32,000 nt of DNA from an uncultured archaeon (GTDB lineage: Archaea; Iainarchaeota; Iainarchaeia; Iainarchaeales; Iainarchaeaceae): assembly GCA_964577555.1 (NCBI GenBank), contig CAZNZM010000010.1, forward strand, positions 6,796 through 38,795, in the 5' to 3' direction. The translations under genes and the position numbers were made by a program. Each line of letters begins with the position of its first letter. The first letter of the stretch is position 1. Under the pieces are notes generated by a model. It had not been told where the DNA came from, ran no database searches, and was given only the letters and a program-made list of their open reading frames with translations. Positions 18,387 through 28,769 of this stretch are shown here, one piece after another.

Positions 18387-20087
18387 TCAGCTTGGCTTCG
18401 TATTTACTAAGTTAAGTTCTTTTTCCGAGGCTATTACATTTAATGGAATATGGTCATTCATTGCGATGAGTATTCCTTCTCCTGGTTGGGCATTGAGCAG
18501 AATGTTTTGTTCCGAAGGATTGAGCATAAATTTTTCAGCTATTTGGTCAATTGCCCCGGCTTCTTGGCGTCCGAAAAATTTCCACGCGGTGTTTGAGATT
18601 ATTGTATTTCCTGCATTTGTTGATAAAAGGTCTTGCGCTTCTTGTGTTATAATAATTATTCCCATATTGAATTTTCTTGAAGTTTTTACTAGTTCAAAAA
18701 TGCGATTTGCATGTTCCGCATATTTTAGCAAAGACCATGCTTCGTCAACAACAAGAATTTTTTTTCCTTTTTCAGAGCGCATTTTTCCATGGATATACTC
18801 CATAATGAGAAACATTATTGCTGGTTTAAGCGCTTCGGGCATTTCAGATATGTTAAAACAGACTATTTTTTTATCAGAGAATTGTGCAGTGTGTTTGTCC
18901 ATAAAAGAAAAAGAGCCATTGACAAAAATATTAAGCCTGCTTTCAAGTATTGAAAACGTACGTTTTTCATATTTTGCGGCTTTCTTCAATTCTTTTGATA
19001 TTTCAAAAAATAGATCGCTTATTAAAGGCGGTTGTCTTTTCCAACTTTCAGGGTTATTGTGAAAAATTCCTTTGTCACTATAAATTTTTTGTATGGCTTT
19101 GTCGAGAATTGATTTTTGTTCTTCGTTCAAATTTCCTAAAAGTATTCCGAAAAAATCTATTAATGAAAGAACCTTTTCGCCAAAGTCGATTCCGGCCATA
19201 TCAAAAGGATTTATTGCCTTTCCGCTTTTTGCACTTATTTCAACTACTTCCCCACCATATTTTGAAGTCAGTGCAGAGTATTCGCCTTGCGGATCAATTA
19301 TTATTACTTTGATTCCGATAAATTGGCTTCTTAATATTAAAAGCTTTGCCAATACGCTTTTTCCCCCTCCTGAAGTTCCAAGAATAAGTCCATTATAATT
19401 GGCTAAACTGAATGGGTTTATTATTATGGGAATTTTATTAATCGAGTTTGAGCCGAATAAAATGCCTTCCTCGTCAATATTCAAAAAAGAAGTCGTAAAA
19501 GGAAAGCAGGCAGCCAATGCTGAAGAAGTTATATTTCTGTTGATTTTTAGCAAATCTTTTTGTATTGGAAGGCACGATTTTACAGCTTCATACATTCTCA
19601 TAAACGGTATTTTTGGCACTATCATTATTGAATTCATTTCAGCGCATACTTTTTTTGATGCTATTTCAAGCGATTCCTTGTCATTCGCACGACAATTTAC
19701 ATATAATGACATGTTGAACAGTTTTTCCTCGCCTTTTTGCAGCATTTCCAAAACATTCATTGTATCTGCACGCTGTATTCTAAGAGAAGGGTTTACAATT
19801 CCTTTTATTTCAGCAGCGGCAAGATCCGATTCTTGTTTCACAAGTTCTGCATTCAGGCTTGTAAGAACCGAATCAATTTCCATTGGCGCACAATGAATGC
19901 TTATGTCGAAATTGCCTTCACTTGAAACTATTGTATCAAGCCAGCCTTCTTTTATTTCTCTCGGATAACCTACTGCCATGACCGGTCTGTTAAATTCATT
20001 TCCTAAAACCATCCAACCAGGTTCGTTTTTTAGATATGAATGTGTAAAAAGACTTTTTATGTTCTCCATATAAATCACTGATTGCAT
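18387..20087 (-). CDS. VirB4/TraE-like type IV secretion ATPase
   Basis: 566 aa. NGLILGTSGGGKSVLAKLLILRSQFIGIKVIIIDPQGEYSALTSKYGG (Walker A), KILVVDEAWSLLK (Walker B), NMGIIIITQEAQDLL and C-terminal PGEGILIAMNDHIPLNVIAS are characteristic of VirB4/CagE. Confidence 0.92.
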   Translation of the reverse strand: MQSVIYMENIKSLFTHSYLKNEPGWMVLGNEFNRPVMAVGYPREIKEGWLDTIVSSEGNFDISIHCAPMEIDSVLTSLNAELVKQESDLAAAEIKGIVNPSLRIQRADTMNVLEMLQKGEEKLFNMSLYVNCRANDKESLEIASKKVCAEMNSIMIVPKIPFMRMYEAVKSCLPIQKDLLKINRNITSSALAACFPFTTSFLNIDEEGILFGSNSINKIPIIINPFSLANYNGLILGTSGGGKSVLAKLLILRSQFIGIKVIIIDPQGEYSALTSKYGGEVVEISAKSGKAINPFDMAGIDFGEKVLSLIDFFGILLGNLNEEQKSILDKAIQKIYSDKGIFHNNPESWKRQPPLISDLFFEISKELKKAAKYEKRTFSILESRLNIFVNGSFSFMDKHTAQFSDKKIVCFNISEMPEALKPAIMFLIMEYIHGKMRSEKGKKILVVDEAWSLLKYAEHANRIFELVKTSRKFNMGIIIITQEAQDLLSTNAGNTIISNTAWKFFGRQEAGAIDQIAEKFMLNPSEQNILLNAQPGEGILIAMNDHIPLNVIASEKELNLVNTKPS

Positions 20088-20095
20088 CCAATTTT

Positions 20096-20938
20096 TTATG
20101 ATTTTAAAGATGAGGAAAGAAAAGTAATTTTTCTCGGCTTTTCGAATTTTGAATTTAAATTGTTTCCGGCAATTGCAAGAAAAAGTTTGGCAATTTCGTT
20201 TTCGTCAAGTCTTTTGGCACTTAAACCGCCTTTTTTGAGTTTTGTGATGCAAAGAGAACTTCTTGCTTCCAGCAAACTTTCATCAAGGCTATTCTCCGTT
20301 GGATTGTCTTCTCCAACCACTATGAAAAAACGCCTATTTCTGACTGAATTTTTCCTATTGTAATTTTCGATAAAATTTCTAAATTCAAAAAAATAATCTG
20401 AGATTTTCTTATTTCCTTGCAAAGATGCGCATTTTGATGTTTTTTCAAGGTATTCAAAAAGCGATAATTCAGTTGTTCTGACAAATATTTGTATTGGAAA
20501 GTCAAGGGAGTTAAGAAAGTCTCTATAAGCAACTATCACTGATTCTTGTTGCTTTTGTGAAAGTATTTTGAAATTTATTGGAAAAACTTCTATAATTGCT
20601 TTTTTTGAACCATCATCCAAAATTAATTTGTTGTCTTCTATTTTTTTTATTCCCGTAAATTTTTCAGATTCTTTGTCAAAAAAACCTGATTCTTTTTTTG
20701 ATAAAACAAATGACAGGAAATTAATGGAGTGTCTTGAAAAATCCAAAAACGCAAATCCGAATCCAGCAAAAGCAAGCAATATGAGCGCAGTTATTTTGAT
20801 TTCAATGCTTAAATTTGTTTTAAGGAAAAAAATCAAGCCTATTAAAATAAAAATGCCTAACCAAAAGCATTGTCTTGCTGAAAGATTGAATATTATTTTT
20901 TCTTCATATTTTAGGTTTTTTGGTATTTCATAAGGCAT
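20096..20938 (-). CDS. PrgI family (VirB3-like) protein
   Basis: MPYEIPKNLKYEEKIIFNLSARQCFWLGIFILIGLIFFLK with a second TM segment is typical of PrgI; directly precedes the VirB4 gene (8 nt gap). Confidence 0.85.
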   Translation of the reverse strand: MPYEIPKNLKYEEKIIFNLSARQCFWLGIFILIGLIFFLKTNLSIEIKITALILLAFAGFGFAFLDFSRHSINFLSFVLSKKESGFFDKESEKFTGIKKIEDNKLILDDGSKKAIIEVFPINFKILSQKQQESVIVAYRDFLNSLDFPIQIFVRTTELSLFEYLEKTSKCASLQGNKKISDYFFEFRNFIENYNRKNSVRNRRFFIVVGEDNPTENSLDESLLEARSSLCITKLKKGGLSAKRLDENEIAKLFLAIAGNNLNSKFEKPRKITFLSSSLKS

Positions 20939-20947
20939 GTTTTAACC

Positions 20948-21964
20948 TCAAAATGTCTGCTTTTTTTGGATGTTTTGTCCAGCAAATTGCTTTGCAAAGC
21001 TTCCGTTGAATATTGGAGCAATAACCAAATTGCTTGCAATTTGAATTACCGGTCTGAAAAACGCAAATGCCATTGCCGCAACATTAAATACTCCTATTGT
21101 GAAAAACGCAAATGCTGGCAAGTATTGTGATGCAGGTGTGTTTCCTAAACCTATAACCACGCCTGTTGCCGCAACGATTATTATTGAATCAAAAAATTGC
21201 AACAAAATGGCTACGCCCAATATTCCAAAAATGGCTTTTCCAAATTGTTTGAGCGGTGGTGTAAAATAACTGAAAATCCCTATTGGAAGTATTGCTGTTC
21301 CAACAAGCAAAATTATTTGCCTGAAAAAAAGTGTGAATCCTGCAAAACCCGCCGCAAAAATTAGAAATATTATTAATAAAGGGTTGCTGTTTTGCATTAC
21401 TGGAAAAATAAGTTTTTCAGGATGATTTCCAAGAACATGAGATGCAGCCAAGGTTCCTATTTCTATTAATATTTTGTATAAATCAAATGATGCAGAAATA
21501 ATAATCATTGATATTATCACTCCTTTGATTAATTCTTTGGCTTCTGCTCTTTTGGCATGGTTTTCAAATGCAATTATAAAAAATAATCCTGCGACAGACA
21601 AATTCATCAAGTAAAACAAGGAAATTAATGCTATTACCGAACTCCAAATGTTTCGCATTGGTTCAATGTCAGGCGGGGAAGCAAGCAACAAATAAAAAAG
21701 TTGAGTAAGAGGGGAACCAAATTCATTTAAAGAATTTTCAAAATAATTTTTGAACAAATCAAAGCCTTGTTGCGGGAGTTTTCCGGTAAAATCCTTGATT
21801 TGGTTGGTTGCACCGCTTATTGCATTTATAACTCCACTTATATCAATATTTATTAAGGGATTTACGATAATTGGGGTTTCATTTTTTGCAGAAAATGCTG
21901 ATTGGGAGTTGAAGAGCAGGCATAAGAAAACAATTGGAAGAAAGAACCAAAAAAATTTATCCAT
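20948..21964 (-). CDS. VirB6/TrbL-like polytopic membrane protein
   Basis: 338 aa. Signal-like N-terminus, 6-7 hydrophobic segments, and position between VirB2-like and PrgI genes. Confidence 0.7.
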   Translation of the reverse strand: MDKFFWFFLPIVFLCLLFNSQSAFSAKNETPIIVNPLINIDISGVINAISGATNQIKDFTGKLPQQGFDLFKNYFENSLNEFGSPLTQLFYLLLASPPDIEPMRNIWSSVIALISLFYLMNLSVAGLFFIIAFENHAKRAEAKELIKGVIISMIIISASFDLYKILIEIGTLAASHVLGNHPEKLIFPVMQNSNPLLIIFLIFAAGFAGFTLFFRQIILLVGTAILPIGIFSYFTPPLKQFGKAIFGILGVAILLQFFDSIIIVAATGVVIGLGNTPASQYLPAFAFFTIGVFNVAAMAFAFFRPVIQIASNLVIAPIFNGSFAKQFAGQNIQKKQTF

Positions 21965-21982
21965 AGCCTGCCCTCCCGGGTT

Positions 21983-22282
21983 TCATGGGGATGTAAGATA
22001 ATTTACAACAAGTGGAGCCACCCAAACCAGTACAAGCCCTACAATAGCGTATGACACCATTGATTTTGCATTTTCCCTTGTTTGAATGTTATTGCCAGAA
22101 AACATGTACATTGCTCCGGCGGCTGTTATCGCTATTACTCCAAGAACCGAAATTATTGCTTTCATCAAATCATAGATTTTTGTTATCGGCTCTTTGATTT
22201 TTTCCATATCACTTGTTGTTTCAGCTAAGCAAAAACCTGAAAGCAATATAGTTGCAATAAGAATTGTTGTAATAGTTTTCAT
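21983..22282 (-). CDS. TrbC/VirB2-like pilin-type protein
   Basis: 99 aa. Signal peptide (MKTITTILIATILLSGFCLAE) then two TM segments IISVLGVIAITAAGAMYMFSG and MVSYAIVGLVLVWVAPLVVNYL, the TrbC/VirB2 layout. Confidence 0.8.
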   Translation of the reverse strand: MKTITTILIATILLSGFCLAETTSDMEKIKEPITKIYDLMKAIISVLGVIAITAAGAMYMFSGNNIQTRENAKSMVSYAIVGLVLVWVAPLVVNYLTSP

Positions 22283-22326
22283 ACAACACCTCCGAAGTTT
22301 GTTTAATTCATCTTCCTTTTGTGTTG

Positions 22327-22332
22327 TATAAA
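22327..22332 (-). promoter_or_regulatory. TATA box upstream of VirB2-like operon
   Basis: Minus strand AGTATTTATACAA about 45 nt before the ATG at 22282; GGAGGTG Shine-Dalgarno follows immediately before the ATG. Confidence 0.5.
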
Positions 22333-22449
22333 TACTTTTGGTTTTGCAAGTATAGATTTTTTGGAATTTGAATGAGTAATTTTAACTCGGCAAATCGGAT
22401 TTTTGAAATTTATGTGTTTAGAATTATTGTATAAATCGTGCTGTTTTTT

Positions 22450-22800
22450 TTATCCTATCATTTTTCCATGAAATAAACCTTGTTGTTCGTCATTTTTAAT
22501 TTTTGGGTTTTTTTGTTCGATTTTTTCTTTCAATTTTTGCACAATTTTTTTTCCTTTGGATTCGTTGATTATTGCAACGATTTCGTGTTTTGGTACAGGG
22601 GCGCCGCCGACTGCAACAGGCGAGTAGTCAACCGAAACATAATCGTTTTCCTTGATGTCTTTTGCTATCATTGGATTTACTTTGAATATTATCAGGTTGT
22701 CGTCCCACATTTCTACAAGCGCTTGGCTTGTTTGTTCTGCAAATTTTGAACCTTTTTCTTCCGGGTTAAGTATGTGAATAACTTTTCCTATGTGATACAT
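22450..22800 (-). CDS. hypothetical protein
   Basis: 116 aa, preceded by AGAGGTG Shine-Dalgarno and TATA-like TTTATAA (22836-22843). Predicted beta-rich segment and Lys-rich C-terminus. Confidence 0.7.
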   Translation of the reverse strand: MYHIGKVIHILNPEEKGSKFAEQTSQALVEMWDDNLIIFKVNPMIAKDIKENDYVSVDYSPVAVGGAPVPKHEIVAIINESKGKKIVQKLKEKIEQKNPKIKNDEQQGLFHGKMIG

Positions 22801-22909
22801 TATAACACCTCTTTAACAAAATTGATGGCTTAAGGTTATAAATAGTTTCAAAGAAAATTTTGGTTTTTAATTTTATTGTGCTTTGACAATTGGTGTGGCT
22901 TTTATTATT

Positions 22910-23623
22910 TTATTTTAAAAGTATTGATGCTATAAAAGCAAGGCTGAAAAGTATTGGCTGATGTAACAAGTAAATCAGCATTGAATTTCTGCCGAGTTTT
23001 TGCAATAATTTTGGGATTATTCCATTTGGTTTTTCAATTTCAAACGCAAGTTTGTTGTTTTTGTAAAAAAAGTGCCAAAGAAAAGAGCCTAAAAGCATTA
23101 CTCCTGTCCATGGAAAAACTGGAAAAAAATCAAATGTTGGCTTTGGCTTGGAAAAACCCAGCCAAACAAGCCAGTCAATGTTTATTTGTTTTAAATCAAA
23201 AACAAACGGCAAAGCGATTGTAATAATAGCTCCTGCAAGACTTGTTGTTTTGTTGCCGACAAATGGAATTGAAAGAATTGTTGAAACAGCTATCAAGTGT
23301 ATTATTCCAAAATAAATAAAGTTTTCAGGGAATAGTGCAAACGTAACACCCGATATAAGCAAGGCTATACAAGAAAGTTTTAAGCTTTTTTTTGCAAAAC
23401 TCGCGAAAATGTTTGTATTATTTTTTTGTACTTTCATTGCAAGCGTTGCGCCAGAAATAATTAGAAAAAGGCTTGCGGTTGCTATTTGGAAAGCCCCAAA
23501 AAACCCAGTGTAAAGGTTTTCGTTTATAAACCCAAAAAAGTTTAAGTCCCAAAAGGCATGGAATGTAATCATCATTATAATGGCGATTCCTCGCAAAAAA
23601 TCTATTTCCCAAAGCCTTTTCAT
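22910..23623 (-). CDS. DUF1624/heparan-alpha-glucosaminide N-acetyltransferase-like membrane protein
   Basis: MKRLWEIDFLRGIAIIMMITFHAFWDLNFF and later GVMLLGSFLW...NSMLIYLLHQPILF match DUF1624 architecture. Confidence 0.85.
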   Translation of the reverse strand: MKRLWEIDFLRGIAIIMMITFHAFWDLNFFGFINENLYTGFFGAFQIATASLFLIISGATLAMKVQKNNTNIFASFAKKSLKLSCIALLISGVTFALFPENFIYFGIIHLIAVSTILSIPFVGNKTTSLAGAIITIALPFVFDLKQINIDWLVWLGFSKPKPTFDFFPVFPWTGVMLLGSFLWHFFYKNNKLAFEIEKPNGIIPKLLQKLGRNSMLIYLLHQPILFSLAFIASILLK

Positions 23624-23716
23624 TCAAAAGATCTTCTTTGAAAAACCTTTTATGTTGTTTTTTCAAAATGTTTTGGTTTTATAAACACTTTTTTATGTTA
23701 ATACATCCAAGTTATT

Positions 23717-24967
23717 ATGAATCTTAAAGGAATAAAACTTGATTCTGATATTGTAAAAGCCATAAAAGAAATCGGTTTTTCTGAATTTACTTTGATTCAA
23801 GAAAAAAGCATTCCTTTGATATTGGAAGGAAAAGATATTATCGGGCAGTCAAGTACTGGTTCTGGCAAAACCGCTGCTTTTGGCTTGCCAATTGTTGAAA
23901 ATGTAAAGCATGGACAAGGCGTTCAAGCTCTTATTCTTACGCCAACTCGCGAGCTTTGTGTGCAAGTTGCAAATGCTATTTCGGTTTTTGCCAAGTATCG
24001 TAAATTAAAAGTAATGGCTGTTTTTGGCGGAGTTTCGATTAATCCACAAAAAGAAGGTTTGAAATCTGCTGAAATTGTTGTTGGCACTCCTGGCAGAATA
24101 CTTGACCATTTGAATTCCAGGTCATTAAAACTTGACAAAGTACGTTTTTTTGTTTTGGATGAAACCGACAGAATGTGCGACATGGGTTTTTTTGACGATG
24201 TTAAAAAAATAATTGATCAAGTTCCAAAGTCCAGGCAAATAATGCTTTTTAGTGCCACAATAACAAAGGATATTCAAAAAATTGTTTCTTTGTATATGCG
24301 CAATCCTGTTACAATACGTGGAGACCAGTTTGTTGATCCTGCTTTGCTTGAACAAGTTTATTATGATGTTGCCTCAAATGAAAAATTTGCTGTGTTGGTT
24401 CATCTTTTAAAAAATAATTCTGCTGGTCTTTCAATGGTTTTTTGTGGAACAAGGAGAATGGCTGATGTTGTGGCTAGAAATCTTAGAAAAAATGGTTTGA
24501 ATGCCATGCCAATACATGGAGGTTTGACGCAAAACAAGAGGCTTCATGCAATTCATTCTTTGAAAAACAAGCACATTGATATATTAGTAGCCACTGATGT
24601 GGCGGCTAGGGGGCTTGATATTGGAGGAGTAAATTTTGTTTATAACTATGATGTGCCAAAAACTTATGAAGAATACATTCATCGAATAGGAAGAACAGCG
24701 CGCGCTGGAAAAAATGGGCTTGCAATAACTCTTCTTTCACCGTTTGACCACATCAATTTTAGGAATATTTTGCGCAATTCTTCGCTTAATATAAAAAATT
24801 TGCCTACTCCTGCCGTTGAGCCAATTAAACTTAAAACTAACAATAATTGGCATGGAAAGTCAAGCCATTCATATCACGGTTTTCATTCAAGTGACAGGCA
24901 TCATAATAATCAACGCCGACACTTGAGGCGAGGCTCTCATTCAAAGAAATATTCAAGGCAACATTAG
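23717..24967 (+). CDS. DEAD-box ATP-dependent RNA helicase
   Basis: Q-motif FTLIQEKSIPLIL, GQSSTGSGKTAAFGLP, PTRELCVQVA, GTPGRILDHL, DETD, SATITK, ARGLDIGG, YIHRIGRTARAGKNG. Confidence 0.95.
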   Translation: MNLKGIKLDSDIVKAIKEIGFSEFTLIQEKSIPLILEGKDIIGQSSTGSGKTAAFGLPIVENVKHGQGVQALILTPTRELCVQVANAISVFAKYRKLKVMAVFGGVSINPQKEGLKSAEIVVGTPGRILDHLNSRSLKLDKVRFFVLDETDRMCDMGFFDDVKKIIDQVPKSRQIMLFSATITKDIQKIVSLYMRNPVTIRGDQFVDPALLEQVYYDVASNEKFAVLVHLLKNNSAGLSMVFCGTRRMADVVARNLRKNGLNAMPIHGGLTQNKRLHAIHSLKNKHIDILVATDVAARGLDIGGVNFVYNYDVPKTYEEYIHRIGRTARAGKNGLAITLLSPFDHINFRNILRNSSLNIKNLPTPAVEPIKLKTNNNWHGKSSHSYHGFHSSDRHHNNQRRHLRRGSHSKKYSRQH

Positions 24968-24997
24968 GCAAATAAAAAATAAATTTTGGCTTGCAAA

Positions 24998-27900
24998 TTA
25001 ACTGCATCCGCTTGTGGCGCCGCAATCTTCGCATACTGTGCAAGCACCATTTCTTTTAACGCGCATTGAACCGCAACTCGCACAAGAGTCTCCAGTATAA
25101 CCCTTGTTGCGCGCCAATTTTGTCTTTATTTCTTCTTCTTTGCCCATCTTGTCCAATTCTTCCATTGTTTTTGGCGTTTCTTTTTTGGCTTCAAGTTCTG
25201 GCGGAACAATTTTCTTTTGTTCTCCTTCAATGTGTTCTTCAATGCCGTTTATTGGTTTTATATGTACAAAGTCAGTTCTGCCAAGATATTCATAACCAAG
25301 CACCCTGAATATATAATCAATGATTGAAGTTGCATTCTTTATTGCTTCATGTCCTTTTACAGGCCCTGATGGTTCAAACCTTGTAAATACAAACGAATCC
25401 ACCAGTTCTTCCAAAGGCACGCCGTATTGCAATGCTTTTGAAACAGCAACTGCAAAGCAATTCATGAGTGCCCTATAACTTGCTCCTTCTTTGTACATAT
25501 CAATAAATATTTCTCCAAGAGTGCCGTCAGGATACTCGCCTGTTTTAATGAATACTTTATGTCCGCCTACCGTGGCTTCTTGGACAAATCCTCGTCTTTT
25601 TGAAGGCAAAGCCCTTTTTTGCAATTTGATTGAAATTTTTTGCTGAACCATTGATGGTCCTATTGTTTCGTCAACATCTTCCTCTTCGCCAAGCCAAGCT
25701 ATTTCATCTTCGCTTGCAATTGTATTTAATGGCTGGGACAATTTGCTGCCATCCCTATACAAAGCGTTTGCTTTCACCATTAATTGCCAAGATTGAAGAT
25801 AAGCGTCTTTTATTTCTTCAATAGTGGTATTGTTAGGCATGTTGATCGTTTTGCTTATTGCGCCGCTGATGAATGGCTGGGCCGCTGCAAGCATTTTTAT
25901 ATGGCCCATCGGATGTATAAATCTCTTGCCATTTTTTCCGCACTTGCTTGCACAGTCAAATACAGGGTAATGTTCTTCTTTGAGATGCGGTGCCCCTTCA
26001 ATAGTCATTGTACCGCAAATGTAATCATTGGCTTTGTCTATTTCTTCTTGGCTAAAACCAAGAGCTTTCAGCATATCAAAATCAGGGTTGTTCAACTGGC
26101 TTTCCGTGAAACCAAGGCTTTTGCAAAATTCTTCACCCAATATCCATTTATTGAATGCAAATTTTAATTCAAAGGCATTTTGAAGGTTTGCCTCTATTGC
26201 AGCAATTTTTTCTTCCGTAAAACCCTTTGCAATAAGGCTTGCTTTGTTTATTGAAGGACAACCTTCTAGAGTACCGGTTCCTTTAACGTATTTTACTATT
26301 TCATCAATTTGTCTTTCAGAATAACCGAGTTTTTTCAAAGCAAGAGGAACAGACTGGTTAACTATTTTAAAATATCCGCCGCCAGCCAACTTTTTGAATT
26401 TCACCATTGCAAAATCCGGTTCTATTCCAGTAGTATCGCAATCCATTAACAAGCCTATTGTGCCTGTTGGAGCTATAACAGTTACTTGTGCATTTCTATA
26501 ACCGTATTTTTCACCCAGTATCAATGCCTTGTCCCAAGCATCTCTTGCAGAACTCAAAAGTTTTTTAGGGCACTTTTCAGGGTTGATGCCCATTGGTTTA
26601 ATAGTCAAGCCTTCATACTCACTTGACTTGGCATTATATGCGGCGCGCCTGTGGTTTCTTATAACCCTAAGCATGTCCTGCTTGTTTGCTTCATATCTTG
26701 GAAATGGGCCAAGAGCTTGCGCCATTTCAGCAGAAGTAGCATAAGCTTCACCACACATTATTGCAGTAATTGCTCCTGCAATGGCTCGGCCTTCATCAGA
26801 ATCATATGGCACGCCAGAAACCATTAGCAATGCTCCCAAATTGGCATATCCCAATCCAAGAGTTCTATAATCATAACTGCGTTGTGCAATCTCCTTTGAT
26901 GGAAATTGAGCCATTAGAACGCTTATTTCAAGCACAATAGTCCAAAGCCTTACCGCATGCCTGAATTCATAAGCCTTAAACTCGCATTTTTCGTCAATAA
27001 AATGCATCAAATTTATGCTTGCAAGGTTGCAAGCAGTATCGTCAAGGAACATGTATTCAGAACACGGGTTGCTTGCGTTTATTCTTCCATCTTTTGGACA
27101 AGTGTGCCATTCATTGATTGTATCATCAAACTGAATTCCAGGATCTGCCGAATGCCAAGCAGCATAAGCTATTTTGTCCCAAAGCTCTCTTGCCTTGACT
27201 GTTTTTGCCACGGCCCCTGTTTTTCTAAATTTCAAATCCCAATTGCCATCATTCAAAACAGCCTCGATAAACGCATTATTTACTCTAACACTATTATTTG
27301 AATTCTGCCCTGACACCGTTCCGTATGCTTCGGAATTATAATTAGTGTCAAAAGTTGCAAAATCAATTGCTTTTTCGCCTTGCTCAGCAAGTTGCAGGAC
27401 TCTGAAAATATAATTTGGAGGAATATTTTCCTTAAGAGCCGCCTTTATTTCGTTTTTAAGCTCCTTATTATTCTTGATATCAGTTGTCTTTCCGTCATGG
27501 GCTGCCTTCATTATTCTGTTTAACCTATAATTACATGTTTTGCTTCCAGCCACCATTGCTGCCACTTTTTGCTCTTCAAGAACTTTCCAAGAAATAAATT
27601 TCTCTATGTCTGGATGGTCGATGTCAAGAATAACCATTTTTGCAGCCCTTCTTGTGGTGCCGCCAGATTTGATCGCTCCTGCAGCTCTGTCAAAAATTTT
27701 CAAAAAAGACATTAAACCAGAACTATAACCCCCACCAGAAAGAGGTTCGCCTTCGCCCCTTATACTTGAAAAATTAGTGCCAGTGCCAGAACCATACTTG
27801 AAAATTCTTGCTTCACGAGTCACCAAATCAAAAATCCCACCCTCATTCACAAGGTCGTCATGCACTGATTGAATAAAACAAGCATGTGGCTGCGGGTGAG

Positions 27901-28486
27901 AATAGGCATCAGAAGACTTTTCAAGCGTTTTAGTATCAGGGTTGACAAAATAATGTCCCTGCGCAGGCCCTGTTATACCATAAGCATGATACAATCCTGT
28001 GTTAAACCATTGAGGGCTATTAGGTGCGGCAAATTGATTAACAAGCATGTACTTTAACTCGTCTTCAAAAGCATTTGCGTCCTCATCACTTGCAAAATAA
28101 TTGTACTTTTCACCCCACCAGCGCCAAGTTTCAGCAAGCCTTGAAATAACCTGTTTAACGCTCCTTTCAGGACCCAATAATTGCTTTCCATCAGGCCCAA
28201 TAATCGGCTTTCCAGACTTGTCGAATTGCGGAACCCCGGCCTTTCTAAAATATTTTTGTGCAATAATATCAGTTGCTATTTGCGACCAAGACTTGGGAAC
28301 TTCAATGTCCTTCATCTCAAAAACAATGCTTCCGTCAGGATTCCTTATAATGGAAGTCCTATACTCGTATTCAATTTCATCAAGCGGATTGGAACCCTTT
28401 TTAGTAAAAACCCTTTTTATTGAAAGCCCTTTAGGATTTTGCTTTTTTTGAACAGCCTCCTGGCTAGGCTTTTTGCTAATAATCAT
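24998..28486 (-). CDS. nrdJ: adenosylcobalamin-dependent (class II) ribonucleoside-diphosphate reductase
   Basis: 1162 aa. [65 protein letters not shown], and C-terminal Cys-rich [28 protein letters not shown]. Confidence 0.95.
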   Translation of the reverse strand: MIISKKPSQEAVQKKQNPKGLSIKRVFTKKGSNPLDEIEYEYRTSIIRNPDGSIVFEMKDIEVPKSWSQIATDIIAQKYFRKAGVPQFDKSGKPIIGPDGKQLLGPERSVKQVISRLAETWRWWGEKYNYFASDEDANAFEDELKYMLVNQFAAPNSPQWFNTGLYHAYGITGPAQGHYFVNPDTKTLEKSSDAYSHPQPHACFIQSVHDDLVNEGGIFDLVTREARIFKYGSGTGTNFSSIRGEGEPLSGGGYSSGLMSFLKIFDRAAGAIKSGGTTRRAAKMVILDIDHPDIEKFISWKVLEEQKVAAMVAGSKTCNYRLNRIMKAAHDGKTTDIKNNKELKNEIKAALKENIPPNYIFRVLQLAEQGEKAIDFATFDTNYNSEAYGTVSGQNSNNSVRVNNAFIEAVLNDGNWDLKFRKTGAVAKTVKARELWDKIAYAAWHSADPGIQFDDTINEWHTCPKDGRINASNPCSEYMFLDDTACNLASINLMHFIDEKCEFKAYEFRHAVRLWTIVLEISVLMAQFPSKEIAQRSYDYRTLGLGYANLGALLMVSGVPYDSDEGRAIAGAITAIMCGEAYATSAEMAQALGPFPRYEANKQDMLRVIRNHRRAAYNAKSSEYEGLTIKPMGINPEKCPKKLLSSARDAWDKALILGEKYGYRNAQVTVIAPTGTIGLLMDCDTTGIEPDFAMVKFKKLAGGGYFKIVNQSVPLALKKLGYSERQIDEIVKYVKGTGTLEGCPSINKASLIAKGFTEEKIAAIEANLQNAFELKFAFNKWILGEEFCKSLGFTESQLNNPDFDMLKALGFSQEEIDKANDYICGTMTIEGAPHLKEEHYPVFDCASKCGKNGKRFIHPMGHIKMLAAAQPFISGAISKTINMPNNTTIEEIKDAYLQSWQLMVKANALYRDGSKLSQPLNTIASEDEIAWLGEEEDVDETIGPSMVQQKISIKLQKRALPSKRRGFVQEATVGGHKVFIKTGEYPDGTLGEIFIDMYKEGASYRALMNCFAVAVSKALQYGVPLEELVDSFVFTRFEPSGPVKGHEAIKNATSIIDYIFRVLGYEYLGRTDFVHIKPINGIEEHIEGEQKKIVPPELEAKKETPKTMEELDKMGKEEEIKTKLARNKGYTGDSCASCGSMRVKRNGACTVCEDCGATSGCS

Positions 28487-28769
28487 TTATTCACCCCGCA
28501 AGAACTGATTTACTCCCTATTTGGTTTATCAGGAATGATACAAAAGCAACTTCATATATAAAAACATTACCTTCTACATATTTGCTGTTAGAAAAATGAA
28601 TTTATATTACTAATTCAATTTACTTATTTTATTGAATTATGTTAATTTTTATTTTATAGTTTGTTTTTTGAACTATTTTTATTTTTGTTGTTTTTTGACA
28701 TTATTTTTTTCACCTGTTATTTTTTTAAATTGATTATTCTAAAAATTAATTTCTGCAGGAGGAATATTT

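Noticed and set aside
18387-22282. Complete integrated conjugative element
   Set aside because: No relaxase, coupling protein, integrase/recombinase or tRNA-associated att duplication is visible in the window, so only a T4SS-like core is claimed.
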